64,000 bases of DNA from Balanoglossus misakiensis (taxonomy: Eukaryota; Animalia; Hemichordata). The notes beneath the pieces are model-generated. The model had not been told where the DNA came from, did not search any database, and saw only the letters and a program-made list of their open reading frames with translations. Below are positions 1 through 13,500 of this stretch, in pieces. The stretch lies in the NCBI GenBank assembly GCA_040954595.2, contig CM082596.2, positions 8,941,124 to 9,005,123 of the forward strand. Reading direction: 5' to 3'. The translations under genes and the position numbers were made by a program. How positions within the stretch are numbered: the first letter of the stretch is position 1; every line of letters starts with the position of its first letter.

Positions 1-645
1 CACATCCACCAACGCCAATGAGCAACTATGAATGTCATTGGACAACCTTGTCGCCAGCCAAGCATTTGAACAATACATGCATGTATCAAGGACAGAATGT
101 GTTATAAGGCATAAGGCCATCAACAGGGGCAATGAACTTACCATTCATTCACAGCGACCATATCTGCAATCATTGGGTGGGGTGGGATATTTTGTAGGCT
201 GGGAACCCGGGTTTGCGTATATACACAACCAAAGTTTAACATGTGTGTAGCTGTCGTGCAGAATAGCAATGTAACTAGAAAGTAGCCGCAGTAATGTAGC
301 ATGGCAGTTGCAACTGACATGTAGCATGGCTGTAGCAGCTATGCTACATTAATGTTCTACATGCCTGTAGCATGTCTGTAGCAGCTATGCTACACTAATG
401 TTCTACATGCCTGTAGCAGCTATGCTACACTAATGTTCTACATGCCTGTAGCATTACTGTCTGATACCTGGTAAATTACTTTCCTTGGGTAATAGTGATT
501 GCTGATTTAGTATGTGTACATAATGTACATGAGAGAACTGTCACGTATAAAGGTAAAGTCTATTACACAACTTAGGTGAATGTTCTGGTGGTTTTATTCC
601 ATAATATGTATAAACATATTACACAAGTTTATAAAAATACACACT

Positions 646-953
646 TTAAAAGTTACTGGCACACTCACCCAATAAAAATCTATTCAGTCTGTAAAAATTA
701 TACAGGCTTTCATGGGTAAATTCATCTTTTCTAACACGACAGGTAGTATATTCACAACAGTGAACAAATGAAACTAAACTATTGACTTGATTCGAGGAAA
801 TTAAATGAGTGTTGTTTGTGAAGCGGAAAATTTCACAATTAAACTTATCATATTGTGCAGGTTGGCAGGGTGACAACCTCTGCAAAATACAGAGGTCCAG
901 TTTCTTCTCACCACCGGTAATTCTGACACATGTGGTTAATCTTCCATAGGACT
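646..953 (-). pseudogene. Terminal exon-like remnant, possibly a transposase C-terminus
   Basis: Acceptor tttttttatctgtttcag then open frame ending ...SFVHCCEYTTC...H...YRLNRF, reminiscent of the H-x-C..C..H..YxLN tail of CACTA-like transposases (from memory, not searched). Confidence 0.3.
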
Positions 954-1492
954 GAAACAGATAAAAAAATATTAAGTAGGTGTTTGTAGGCTTGGTTAAA
1001 GGATCAAACCATTTGTCTTTATGGTACAAATCCTCAAAACAACACAGTGCGGATAAAAAAGATGGGTAGTGTAATGTCCATATTCAAATTACAACCAAAC
1101 TAATAAAAAGTTAATTTCTTCCAAACATGAAGAAAATGGAGAGAGAATAAGCGGTATGGTCATATACAAGGTTCTGTATGCCTTAAACAGAAAATGTACC
1201 GGTCCAAATACTACAAGAACAGTATTTATTATTTTTTATTAATGTATGTCTCCACACATAAAACTCGACACTAAACATAGATCTACACAAAATTTCCAGT
1301 TCCACCACAACAAATAAATCAAAATAACAAAAAATAATGTTACATAATCAACTTGAACTATTTATAATTTCTCAAGATGCCATCAATGATCCATTCCATT
1401 CTTTATGCAAGTTTTCCTTGTATTCATGAAATGAAATAGGTCAAAAACTGATTTTATCACATCAAAAACAAATATATCATGACTATTTACAG

Positions 1493-2489
1493 GAAGAAGT
1501 TCAGAAGAACTTTGAGGGATACAATGGGAATGCTGTCCAAAAAATGATGAAATTTGCTACGTCAAAAATACAAGAATGGAAGCAGGAAGAAGTGAGAAAG
1601 GTACACTTGAAGTAGATGTCAAATTAAGGAAGAGATATTTCTTGTTGTTTTAGCAAACATGTGGTGTCTGTATGTCTGTCTGTCTGTCTGTCTGTATGTA
1701 TGTATGTATGTCTGTCTGTCTGTCTCTATGTATGTATGTCTGTCTGTCTGTCTCTATGTATGTATGTCTGTCTGTCTGTCTCTATGTATGTATGTCTGTA
1801 TATATGTATGTACGTCTGTCTGTCTGTCTGTATGTATGTCTGTCTGTCTGTATGTATGTATGTTTGTATGTCTGTCTGTATGTCTGTCTGTCTGTCTGTC
1901 TGTATGTATGTATGTATGTCTGTATGTCTGTCTGTCTGTCTGTATGTCTGTCTGTATGTATGTACGTCTGTCTGTCTGTATGTATGTATGTATGTCTATC
2001 TGTCTGTCTCTATGTATGTATGTCTGTCTGTCTGTCTCTATGTATGTATGTCTGTCTGTCTGTCTCTATGTATGTATGTCTGTCTGTCTGTCTCTATGTA
2101 TGTATGTCTGTATATATGTATGTACGTCTGTCTGTCTGTCTGTATGTATGTCTGTCTGTCTGTATGTATGTATGTTTGTATGTCTGTCTGTATGTCTGTC
2201 TGTCTGTCTGTCTGTATGTATGTATGTCTGTATGTCTGTCTGTCTGTCTGTATGTCTGTCTGTATGTATGTACGTCTGTCTGTCTGTATGTATGTATGTA
2301 TGTCTATCTGTCTGTCTCTATGTATGTATGTCTGTCTGTCTGTCTCTCTGTCTCTATGTATGTATGTCTGTCTGTCTGTCTCTATGTATGTATGTCTGTA
2401 TGTATGTATGTATGTATGTATGTATGTATGTATGTATGTATGTATGTACGTCTGTCTGTCTGTCTGTCTGTATGTATGTATGTATGTAC

Positions 2490-2523
<34 letters not shown>

Positions 2524-3098
2524 ATGTATGTATGTATGTATGTATGTATGTATGTATGTATGTGTGTGTGTCTGTATGTCTGTATGTATGTTTGTCTGAT
2601 TATTTTATTTCTACACATGTTAGATCATGGCCATTGAAGAAGATAGGCGCCATTACCAAAATATGGACACCCTAACATTGGCGGAATCAATATGCCATAG
2701 AAAACTAACCAATGTTACACCAAAGATCGTTTTCTGTTTGGCGCTGATAGTAAGTGTATTATAATTATCGATTATTTTTAATGTGAGACACACGTAAAAA
2801 GAAAAATCACCAAGTGTACATTGCTGATGGTGAAGTTTCATTATCTCTTCACTATTTTAGTTCAATATAGATGTACATGTACATGTATGTGATTTTTTTT
2901 TCTACTCAATATTCCAAGGTTTATGGCATTCATGTGTTTCAGTTGCATGGAGTAGAACAAGATTTTTACTTTACAACTACAAACAACAATGTAATTCTTT
3001 TCAATTTTCAGCGCAAGTTCAACAGGGACAGAAACCCTGGCAGAAGGGCTTTTGGTCGGCGTACCAAGATTGGTACATTGCCTGTGGCGAGAAGTTAA
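1493..3098 (+). pseudogene. Spliced gene remnant of unknown product (exons 1493-1600, 2624-2749, 3012-3098)
   Basis: AG/GT-bounded phase-0 exons of 108 and 126 nt with open frames (EEVQKNFEG..., IMAIEEDRR...), then a third acceptor ttttcag at 3011. Confidence 0.4.
1664..2597. repeat. Compound (TGTC)n/(TGTA)n tetranucleotide microsatellite with ~300-bp higher-order duplication
   Basis: Directly visible; lies in the intron of the 1493-3098 remnant and explains the spurious CMYV/CLSV ORFs. Confidence 0.97.
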
Positions 3099-3159
3099 AA
3101 CACGACAGTGACTAAACAGTGACTAACATGCAGTAGACAGTGACTAAACCTGTCATATG

Positions 3160-3347
3160 ACAGAACTCCATGACCTCTACGCACAATCTGTGCTGTACGG
3201 AAGTTTTTTTCACAAGTGATGCAGTGCGTATTCTGTTGCAGTACTCTCACTAGCTATGCTCCTGAAAGTACAGCAGAACACCCTGCATCACATGTGAAAA
3301 CAACTTCCGTACAGCACAGATTGTGCGCAGAGGTCATGGAGTTCTGT
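3160..3347. mobile_element. ~190-bp palindromic MITE-like element
   Basis: ACAGAACTCCATGACCTCT...AGAGGTCATGGAGTTCTGT near-perfect long inverted repeat; no TSD recognised. Confidence 0.7.
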
Positions 3348-5172
3348 TTATTGCTGCATATATTTCCTCGTCTTTGATGGAAATTTAAGTTCCATCATTC
3401 AAATAGCCATGTAGTTTTGCAGTTAAATGTTTATTATTATTTAATAGTTCATTTTCTTGGTTTGTTAAATTGTTGTACATTTTATTAAATTTCATGAAAA
3501 TAATAAAATTTTTGAACCTTTTAATGCTAATGCGTCTATGCATATGTCAAAAATTCATGCACACACACGTTCACATTATATATCAGAGTAAGTTATAACA
3601 TTTAGCAAAGACAATATTGACACAAAAGGGGGAAAAGCTGACAATAAAATAAATTATACACACATATTTAGGTGATGTAATGAAGCCCTTGCACTGTTTA
3701 CTCATGACACACTTTGTATCATACAGCAATGTTCCAGGTATAGTACATATAACTTTTACACTTGTGCTACACACAAGCCACACATATGAATTATTAACAG
3801 GACTGTTACACATGCATGGACAGTAGTGTAACAGGTAAGGTTCAACACTGTTACACTAGTGCTACACACATTCTACACAAATGTATTAACAGGACTGTTA
3901 CACATGCATGTACGGTAATGTAACAGGTAAGGTTCAATACTGTTACACTAGTGGTACACACATGTTACACCAATGTATTAACAGGACTGTTACACATGCA
4001 TGTACAGTAATGGAACTGGTTAGGTACACTACAATTACACTAGTGCTACACAAATTCTACACCAATGTACCAGCAGGGCTGTAGCAGGCATGCTGGCACA
4101 GTAATGTAACAGCCTTGCTGCTATAATGTTTCTAGTGTGCTACATGCCTGCAGCATAATTGCTGCAGGCATGTAGCACACATGCTCTGACACGCATGTAG
4201 CAGGACTGCTACATCACATCTGTAACACTACTGAGATTACTGACAAGTAACAGGCATGTTTCATTGCTGCTACTTCAATGAAAAGTGTTTTGTTACTTTA
4301 AAATGTTTGAGCTCAAAACGCATTTTACGTTTTTTTTTCTACCTTAAAATTGAGCATTTCTGGTCTAGTTGTGCTGACAAATTCTCTTCTCCTTTTTATC
4401 TTATCGTATACATATCTTTCTTCTATCCTTCCACACGTGACTTTCTTTTTGACCTTCCCATTCCCAATTTTTTCTAACCGTAGTCGAACTGAGCGTGAGT
4501 GCGTTTTGTTCTAGTTGGATATCTTTTTATCAGATAACATGTCAAGGCAGATTCTTCAGATTTCATATTTGTTTAATTCAGGCAATTATTTTGCTATTTT
4601 GTGTTTTTTTCTTTCTTTTCCACAGCCTTTGATATACACTTTCTGGAGCCAACATTCATCGACACAATGCCAAGTCACTTCCTTCACTGAAGACTGCAAC
4701 ACCATGCATGGCTTGTTCTATGGTGGACATAATTTTGAATTGGCTCACTTTTGAAAAACACTTTTAATATTCTTTACACAAATCCCCACATTTTACTATA
4801 AACCGGACACGACAACACGGAGAGCAGTATCAGAAAGTATTTTGGAATGTTATGACTACGCATACTTCTGAAAAAAAATGAACCCGTTGTACGTGTCGCG
4901 AATGGCAAACAGTCCACGCGTTAACGTTTCCATCAGCACACTTTCTCATCAACTGCAAGTCCAAGTAAAATTGACAGACAACTGGAACACAGTGCGTGAA
5001 TTGATATTTTAATTAAAGACGAAAAGAAAAGTGACAGCAAACATCAAGTAGACCGTCTCAAAAAACATCAGTTGCTGTTCAAGATTAGGTATTAACTTGT
5101 TTGACGGACAGAAACTAAACCGCAAAATGAAAGCAGTTGTGCTAACTCTATGGCATTGAATGCTGCGCATGC

Positions 5173-8100
5173 CTACTGGCAAGCATAGATTTCCACTCTC
5201 ATGGAGATATGACGATTCCAGGTAACTGGATAAAACCGAACAGACTCTGCTGTGAAAGCCTTGTCTCCCAATTCATGGTAGACGATTGTGTTCCGGTCAG
5301 AATTCGCAATGAAAATCTGAAACGTAAAACATGATAGTGTTTTCAGTTGATATAGGAAAGCTGGCCTTTCTGTAGGTTTACGCTACACACTGATGTAAGC
5401 GGCGATAGCCACCCCTTATATTTATTTTGCCAAAATTACTACCAATAATATATCCCAGAAATGTGTTTCCTTATTCTTTTCAGTCATGTGTATGGTGTAC
5501 ACTGTGCGCATCTTTAATATATTATATGTATGAACATTGTCAGGTTCTTCGAATCGGACATTGTGTTCATACCTTTTCAGAGCCATCGTCCCGAGTCACA
5601 TATGTCCATTGTCCGTGTTCCTTGTGGTAGCCGAGTTTGAATGATGTCACCCACTGAGAAGCATCACTTCGCCCCTAAATTTAACAAGAAGCTCACCATA
5701 AAATATGCAACATTCGGTTGAAACCCTTGATACGAGATACTATCTCGTTATAACGAGATAGTTTTTTTCTTGCTTCACAAAATGGCGTTAACAGGCTTTC
5801 TTACTTTACTATTCATTAAATTAGGGTGTGTTTTTTACCAACAATGTAATGTGTTATTCAATATTCAATATTGTAAATATTTCAAAATGCGTTGTGTACT
5901 TACTTGTGTGGCGACCTTGGTGACCTTCCTATCACCACCAAGGTCAACTTGCAACCACTGTGCGGCGTTGTTATTCAAGGCACACCACGAATGGGAATAT
6001 CCAGAAGGGCCATGGTAGTTAAGCCTTCCTTGATGAGACATGTGCTTACTATTCCAATTAGAGCTCGCCGTCATCTGCGAATTTGGAATAACTCGATTCT
6101 CTACACCAACAGGCTCGGAGTTACACGGCCCTGAAATCGGTGGTACATTTTAGTAACGAGGGACGGACGTTACAGTCGACTGATTTTGGGGTATTTTTGT
6201 CAATATTTCTCGATGCATCAACACCTGCAGTTTCGTATTCTATGTTGGATAGCTTTATGAAAATTTCTATTTTTAGCTTCCAACAAAGCCTGCACATGAG
6301 TAAAGGCAAGTGTCATGTTGACAAATACTTAATGTCCGGACTTGGAGTCAATTTTCAACAATAACAATTCTGATTAATACAAAATGTCTAAAACATTGTC
6401 TTCTACAACTAATTGTTTGTAATATTACCCTATATGTAAACATTTCCAGCCGATACATTGCAGCAGAATAATTCAGAAAATGATTTTTACTTGGGTGACA
6501 AGTGTAACCAACGGCCAAAATGTAGTTATTCGCACCTGATTTTTGGCAGATGTAACCCCGTTTCTCTGCACAGTCACTTGTTTTCCAGTAACCGTCATTA
6601 GCTCCCGATATGAAAGCACAGTCCAAACTTCCCGGGCGCCGTGGTTCTGATGTGGCCCAGTTTCTGTATGACAGCTGTTGAATGAAAACAATCACGTAAT
6701 TCACCTGTATTCTTCAATTGAAAGAAGTAAGATAGGCCTACAGAAGCACGAGATTAGTCCGGCCTCGGTGTTATACCTCTTTTTGGTTTCTTCACGTTAC
6801 CATAAAAATATGGGCATCTATTCGTCGAATTCGATATTAATTGGCTTTTCAAGTATACTTTCAACAATGTTTTCCCATTCTCACACTCCTGGCATGCTGA
6901 GAGTGTGGGATCAGATTGGGAGAATATATTATTCCGCACACTGTTATCAAGTGTGGTTCTCATGCAAACTGTAATTAGATATCCTTTCAAGTACACCATC
7001 ATGCACGAAGAAGGCGTAATTACAGAGCAAATCATCGATCGAACACACAAACAATCTTGTTGATCAATAATACTGGAACTAGATTCGCTGCATGCATGCG
7101 ATATTATCAATAGACAAAGAAATGCATAACACCAACCTCAGTGCCATCTTCCCACCTCCAGTCAGCTTCGTTCCCGATGTCACTTAAACCAATCCACAAG
7201 TTTTGTTTACCAGATATCATTGTATAACCTAATTATGTTTTAATATAAAAAATAACGTCATGGGTCTATGCCATATAAACAAAACAACAGCACGGAAAAT
7301 CGCTCATTTGGTCTTGAAGTCGAGTTTTGATGTTGACTCATATGCAAATGTACGCTACCTGGCTTGGAGTATGAATTGTCACACTGGTTGAAATAAAAGG
7401 CGTTTGAGATGACAAAATCCGTATCTGCAGCCACGTATATAAACATTAGAAAGAGTCAAACTGCATTTGAATTTAGAATTTGATACAACTGTTGGGAGAA
7501 ATGATTTTCTAAACATATTTTTCTCGGGTTTCTGAAATGAACTCTACAGCGGGTGTTCAGGATTTTGAAATATATTACGGGCCTTTCTTTCAGTTTTGGA
7601 TATTCTTGCTTGAACTCTGCACCAGCGACGCAAAAAACACTATTTTTCAAGTTTTTAGCCACGAAAAGAGTTCATTTACTATTAGGAGATCCCACACGTG
7701 TGGCCTTATTATGTTTTTGTTACAGGGGCTCCACATTCTACAAATGGTTGATGTATGATAGCCTACTTACCTTTCAGGAACAGGTTTTTATGGGAGTCGT
7801 CGATAGTGACAAGCTCCCCACCTTTGCCTCTACAAATCGACTTGGCCTCGTCGTACGTGTACACTTTCTCGAGGTATGCATAGTACAATTTGTCCGCGAA
7901 GTTGTCCCATTGTGGTTCACAGCCTGGTGGAGAAATTGAAGGTACATTAAAGGGACAAATTCTCTCTCTCGTTGCCCTTTTTCCATTAATTATGTTTGAT
8001 ACAAGACACCGTTTATGTTAATGTACATGTGTATGTAGTGAATGAACGTTCGACCACACACAACTTATAATAATAATAATATTTATTTCTTACACGCACT

Positions 8101-9874
8101 ACACATACGTCTCAGTGCGAGTTACAAAAGACGGTGATAAAAGAATCATAAAAGCAGTAGAAAAATTAAAAAGTCTCAGTTAAAATTCCCAATTAAAAGT
8201 CCGTCTAAAAACCATACAGAAGATGATCCTAAAAATTCGATCACAAATATGATTGAAAAGATGAGTTTTTAAACAGCGTTTAAAACAGTCAACAGATCTG
8301 GCGTTGCGAATCACAGGCGGCAGTGAATTCCACAGAGCAGGTGCACAAACAGAGAATGCTCTCTGCCCATATGCCTTATTAAAGTTTCCAGGAGGTGGCA
8401 CCAACCGCAAAGTGTCAGCTGATCTGAGATCTCTGACAGGGGTGTAAATTTCAAGCAAATTGATTAAATAAAGTGGTGCAAAGCGATGAATGATTTTATA
8501 GGTAGTTAACAAAATTTTGAATTTGATGCGAGCATCAACCGGCAGCCAGTGCAGATCAATGAGAACAGGTGTGATGTGATCGAACTTCCGAGTCCGGGAG
8601 ACGAGATGAGCCGCAGCATTTTGAAGCGATTGTAGGCGATCCAGCTGAGCCTTATTAATACCATACAGGAGACTATTACAATAATCAAGCTGAGTCGTAA
8701 TGAATGCATGGACCATCTTTTCCGTTGTATGTTTGTCCAATAATGGGCGGATCTTGCCAATTCTAGATAGTGCGTAGAAACCTTTCCTGCAGACATGACT
8801 AATATGATCAGAAGCGGAACCGTCGTTGTTGAGCTTAACACCAAGATTGCGAACTGAAGTCGACGGGGCTATATCAAACTCGCCTATCCTAAGGCTGGAA
8901 ATTTTCACCGCATCTGATCTCAGAAGTGACGAAAACTGAATCACATCTGTCTTATTGTCATTAAGAATCAACATATCAACTTCCATCCCAACTTCCATCC
9001 CACTTGTAAGATATGAGAGTAAAAACTTACCCAAAATGAATCAATGGTAGAGACCGATTATTCAATTTGGCGAGTTTTTTTCACTCTCGTCTCTACAAGT
9101 GGGATGGAAGGTGTGTGTGGTTGAACGTTGATTCACTGATTATCCACATGTAAATTAATATAAACAGTGTCTTGTACCAAACATAATTATTGAAAAAAGG
9201 CAGCGGGGAGAGACTTTGTCCCTTTAAGTCTACCAAGCAGGTCGTTATTACGTCGTTGCTTAAACACCATTCGACTGCTTCGTTGTGTGTGGGTGGTGTG
9301 AACTACATTACCTAAACAAAACCACCATTTTAGCCGCTCTGCTGTTGTACAGGTTAAGGGCAATAGCCGAGGATAAAACTACTGCAGGTATTGCCCCATT
9401 AACTAAGACAGATAGAAAGACATGCATACAGATAGAGACAAGCACGTGCATACAGTCACCACAATCAATGCAAGTTGTACCAACACTAGTCATCCAATAA
9501 ATCGAATTAAGCAAAAAAAATGAATAAAAGAAACTAATTCTCTGTGTATATTAATATTCACAAAAACCAGGAACTCTTAGTCACATAGGACTATGTGGTG
9601 ATGAAAAAAAAATCAAAAATCAAATCTAGCATACAAAAAAAGTTATTAAACTTCAAGAGAGTATTTTGTTGTTGGCCGAGCACTGATGAATAAAGAATAT
9701 TAAAAAAAATAAAGAACAGCTGCAGATGTTAACGTGAAATAATGGGCAATTAGAATAAGCAACATCAAAATTAATGAGTAGGTGTATTGTCCTATTCGAA
9801 CATGTTACAGTACCTTTCGCGGATGGCAATGCCTCCGTGACCAACAAACCCAGTAGAGCCAGATACAATTTCAT
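5173..9874 (-). CDS. Secreted C-type lectin + F5/8 type C (discoidin) domain protein, copy 1, ~305 aa; exons 9874-9814, 7923-7771, 7228-7137, 6674-6536, 6130-5904, 5674-5573, 5316-5173
   Basis: GT-AG introns with matching phases give a 918-nt frame: signal peptide MKLYLALLGLLVTEALPS; CTLD (CEPQW, EAKSIC, LWIGLSD, WRWEDG, YRNW, DCA, W..SDC..K.GYIC); FA58C (QMTASS, GRLN, SWCA, QWLQVDLG, VATQGR, QWVTSFKL, VRFYP, SMRVEIYAC). Confidence 0.9.
7951..9223. mobile_element. Kolobok-like palindromic MITE (~360 bp) interrupted by an L2-like LINE fragment
   Basis: TTAA|AGGGACAAA...TTTGTCCCT|TTAA, long internal inverted repeat; TTAA TSD with AG..CT termini. Confidence 0.75.
8067..8977 (-). mobile_element. 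5'-truncated L2-like non-LTR retrotransposon (ORF2 C-terminus, 3' UTR, (TTA)n tail)
   Basis: ORF 8180-9034 with LDYCNSLL, LQNAAA, HITPVL..LHWLPV, GQRAFS..AP.LWNSLP motifs; absent from the equivalent site in copies 2 and 4. Confidence 0.88.
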
Positions 9875-10482
9875 TTTCGTCAATTTCTGGTGTCTGGCAG
9901 CGGTTACCATATGATGAAATTCCAGCAGCCTTCAAAGAGAATAGAATAACTTTGTATCAAAATGACTTCTACGTACATTTTATCACTGGGACTTGGCTTT
10001 TAGTTCACGCATATTGTGAATTGGGAAAGACTTCAATGATTATAAGCCACAAGACATCTTAACTGCGTCTTCGAAAAGATATTCAACGCCAAGTACAACA
10101 GTCTGGCATGCTTATATCCTGGCTAAACCTTCCATTCTTTGTCTGAAAATGTTCGTACCATCATCAAGATCCAAGCTTCAAGCAGATAAACAATATGTTA
10201 GGCCCAAATCAATATTTAACTAAGCCGCAACTTTTATCCGCTATACAGTAAAACCACGCAATCTTCGAATTGGTTGCAAGAAAAAAAACGCCGGTACCAA
10301 CTAACGCATACTAAACCCTAGACTTGCTCCAAGTCTTATATGGGCTTCGTTATGTGTAGGGAACGCGTACGCCCATAATTTAAAAACCGCCAAGCGACTA
10401 GTGGGCTAGTCTAACTAAACCCGTAAATGTACAGTAAATCCGAAGTAATTCTGAATTTGTACATGGAAAACAGTCGACATAC

Positions 10483-10590
10483 CTGATTGACAGGAAAATA
10501 GAAGTCTCTGTGCTGTTCGGCGCTCCAGGTCTAAATGAAAATTACTCTCGGCCTTAGGGCTTATTATAAGCAGTTAACATCGCTTATAAT
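10483..10590 (-). promoter_or_regulatory. Putative core promoter and non-coding first exon of the lectin gene
   Basis: Minus-strand donor CAG|GTATGT at 10482, TATA-like TATAATAA ~10561-10568, acceptor at ~9930 ahead of the ATG exon; retained in units 3 and 4. Confidence 0.35.
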
Positions 10591-13500
10591 TCTATTGATA
10601 AACTTGACATGTTGAAAGAAGCTACCCGCACTTTTTAAATGCCACTAGTGTCCTTAAATGTCATCGGGTATAAAAATGAATGTTTTTGCCGACCTGTCAT
10701 TTGGTAATGGAGTTTGCGGAGGCAGCGTGCAAAACAAGCGGGTTCAGAAATTGTAGATTTCTGACAATAAGCAGATCATTACAACCCCTCCCCCCGAAAA
10801 AATCTGAATGCCCATTGTGCAGGGGTGAACATGGCGGCGATCTCTTGGAAAACTAGTCATGGGGGGGGGGGTAGCTGGATGGAACAGTTAACATATATTG
10901 ACCGTTTTAGAGATAACCACACATAGTGGAAAGAAATAGAGGTAAAGGTGATCTGGCGTGAAATAATAAAAAATGTGTTTAAAAAATCAAATAACAACTA
11001 ATAAAAAATTAAGCTAAGTGCCATCTGATCCCTGTTATACAAAACAGATTTCTAGTTGAAACTTATATGCTTATATGAGCTTTTGTAACAACTTAACCTT
11101 CTAAACCCGCTCAGTTTGTTATACTGTTGAATGTGTACTGTCGAAGATGTTCGACTATGGTGAAATCTCGTTCATAGCGTCATGGAGTCGATAGGAAGGT
11201 CAAAACACACACACACACACACACACGCACACACACACACAAACAAACAAACAAACAAACAAACAAGCGTGCAAATACGCCTTATTTCTGCGCCTTGCAA
11301 AACATTGAACACCAGTAAACATCAAACACCATTTCCGCCTGACCTTTGTGATATTTGTCTTGTGCCTTGCAAAACATTAAATAGAACCAGCAGGATTATC
11401 GCTTTTCAATACAAAAGTAAACGATTCTCTTATATTTAGAAGTTAGAGAATAAATCAATCATAGAATGTTGATATGGTATCACTCTGATGTGTGTATTTT
11501 GTCGCCTCACCACTTGTATGTAAAACAACACAACCTATTTGACTGTATGACTGACAGAAGGGATACATTTTGTTAATACTTTTCGAGTATATTCCATATT
11601 GATATACATGTACATGTATAGCTTTTCGGCGTTAAGATTAGAGAGAAGAGATTCTCCAAAATGCATATGAGATCGTATTACGGTTAAATCCCGGTGAGGG
11701 GTATAAAAGGCCCGAAAATCATCCTTTAGCCTGCACGATATATGTTTGTTATGACACCACAAAGTATTTATTTCTTCATTATATTGGGACACATGGCAAA
11801 ATCGAAACAAGCAATTGTCCCGGGTTCGATTCCCGGCCAACGCATGTATTTTTTTGCAGAAAACATGTATGTTGGGCAAGAATTGGGACACATGGCAAAA
11901 TTAGACTGTCGACAATCCCTCGCGCCTAATGTGTATCGATTCGGCGTTTCGTGCGAGGGCCGTAAGGCCCGTATCTTTTGAGGGCCGAAGGGCCGATCCG
12001 GCGTTTCGTGGTGCGAGGGCCGTAAGGCCCGAGGGACTGTTATAGCTTGTTTCGCCCTCACACGGCATTGTGGGGAAATTCACCTGTAACGCAACTGGCT
12101 TTAGTTCGGGACATGAAAACATTAGTCTCGGTTACCCAGACCCCCCTGCTTCTTCCGGCACTCCAGAAAGAGATAGGGGTACTACGCGCGTCTCGAGCCT
12201 GAATGTCAACTATTTGGAGACCCGTTGACCTGCCATATGAGTTGCAACAATCATGTAACACGTGACTGTAGTCCCTCTCGAGATAGTGGCGTGGAGGGCT
12301 CCCTACTTACTCTCCGACCTGCCATATATGTTGTTCGGAGACTCTCCGAGCTGCCATATTTGTTGGCTCTATTAAATTGGGGGTTATCCTCACGAATTAC
12401 GTGTACGGGCTACTATTTACATTGAATAAAGACTTAGAATACGTCACGGTTTGTCGTAATTAATGAGTGTATTTGAAATAAAAGGACAATTTACGTCCGT
12501 TCTCTGTGCTGTCCGTATTTCGGAGTCAGGCTCTCCGAGCTGCCATATATGTTGTTCGGAGACTCTCTGACCTGCCATATTTGTTGGCTCTATTAAATTA
12601 GGTGTTATCCTCACGAAATACGTGAACGGGAAACTACTTACATTGAATAATGACTTAGAATACGTCATGGTTTGTCGTAATTAATGTATGTTTTTGAAAT
12701 AAAAGGACAATTTACGTCCGTTCACTGTGCAGTCTGTATTTCAGAGTCAGGACGTGACTTGCCATACATGTTGCAGTGAAATAAAATGGTGGTAACTCAT
12801 CTAATACCTGAACGGACTTATATTGAATAACAAGTTAAAATACGTCGAAATTAAGGTGTGCATTTGAAATACAGATAAAATATTTGCGTCTTCTCTGTGC
12901 AGTCCGTGTTTCGGACTCAGGCTCTCCGACCTGCCATACTTGTTGGTCGGAGACTCTCTGACCTGCCATATTTGTTGCATCTATGTCGGAGACTCTCTGA
13001 CCTGCTACATTTTTGTTGCCTTGATTAAATAGAGGGTTTATACTCATGAAATACCAACATCAGTTTTGACTTAGATTTAATAATGAGTTTAAATACGTGC
13101 CACTTTGTTGAAACTAATGTTTGCATTGGATATATACTGACGATTTTCGTCCAATCTCTTAGAAATACCTATTTCGGAGTCAGCTGCGCGGTTTTCAGAC
13201 CTATCGGATATTTATTGCACTCAAACAAAGTAAGGTTTAAATTTGATTATATTACATTGAATAATTAGATCAAATACATTCTGCTGCAGACACGCTTTGT
13301 TGAAATTTATAAGTTTATGTGAAATCATCCGCTTATTTTTGCGTGTCTTTCTCTTTCGAGGACAATATTTCGTAGGACTTTCGCGCTCTCCGTCGTACCA
13401 TTATTGCACTCAAACAAAGTTTTTGGAGTTACTATTCAAAAACATTTCAAAATCGATTTTTCATTGCATTGAATAATATAACTTTAAATAGCACAGGATT

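Larger units (their letters stand above)
240..4270. mobile_element. Probable degenerate DNA-transposon remnant (possibly CACTA/CMC-like) with short-motif repeat arrays at both ends
   Basis: Related TGTAGCA/CTACATGC/TGTTACAC motif arrays at ~240-460 and ~3750-4270 flank exon-like coding remnants on both strands; no convincing TIR/TSD pair found. Confidence 0.35.

Noticed and set aside
1659-2675. Three long overlapping ORFs (312-338 aa)
   Set aside because: Translations of a stop-free tetranucleotide microsatellite
224-4373. CACAAC...GTTGTG as CACTA-type termini
   Set aside because: Only a 6-bp match and the flanks give no TSD
7951-9223. piggyBac MITE
   Set aside because: TTAA TSD fits, but the termini are AG..CT rather than CC..GG, which fits Kolobok better
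9311-9403. Extra coding exon of the lectin gene (VNGAIPAVV...)
   Set aside because: It would end in phase 2 while the next exon needs phase 1; exon 1 already joins the CTLD exon in frame
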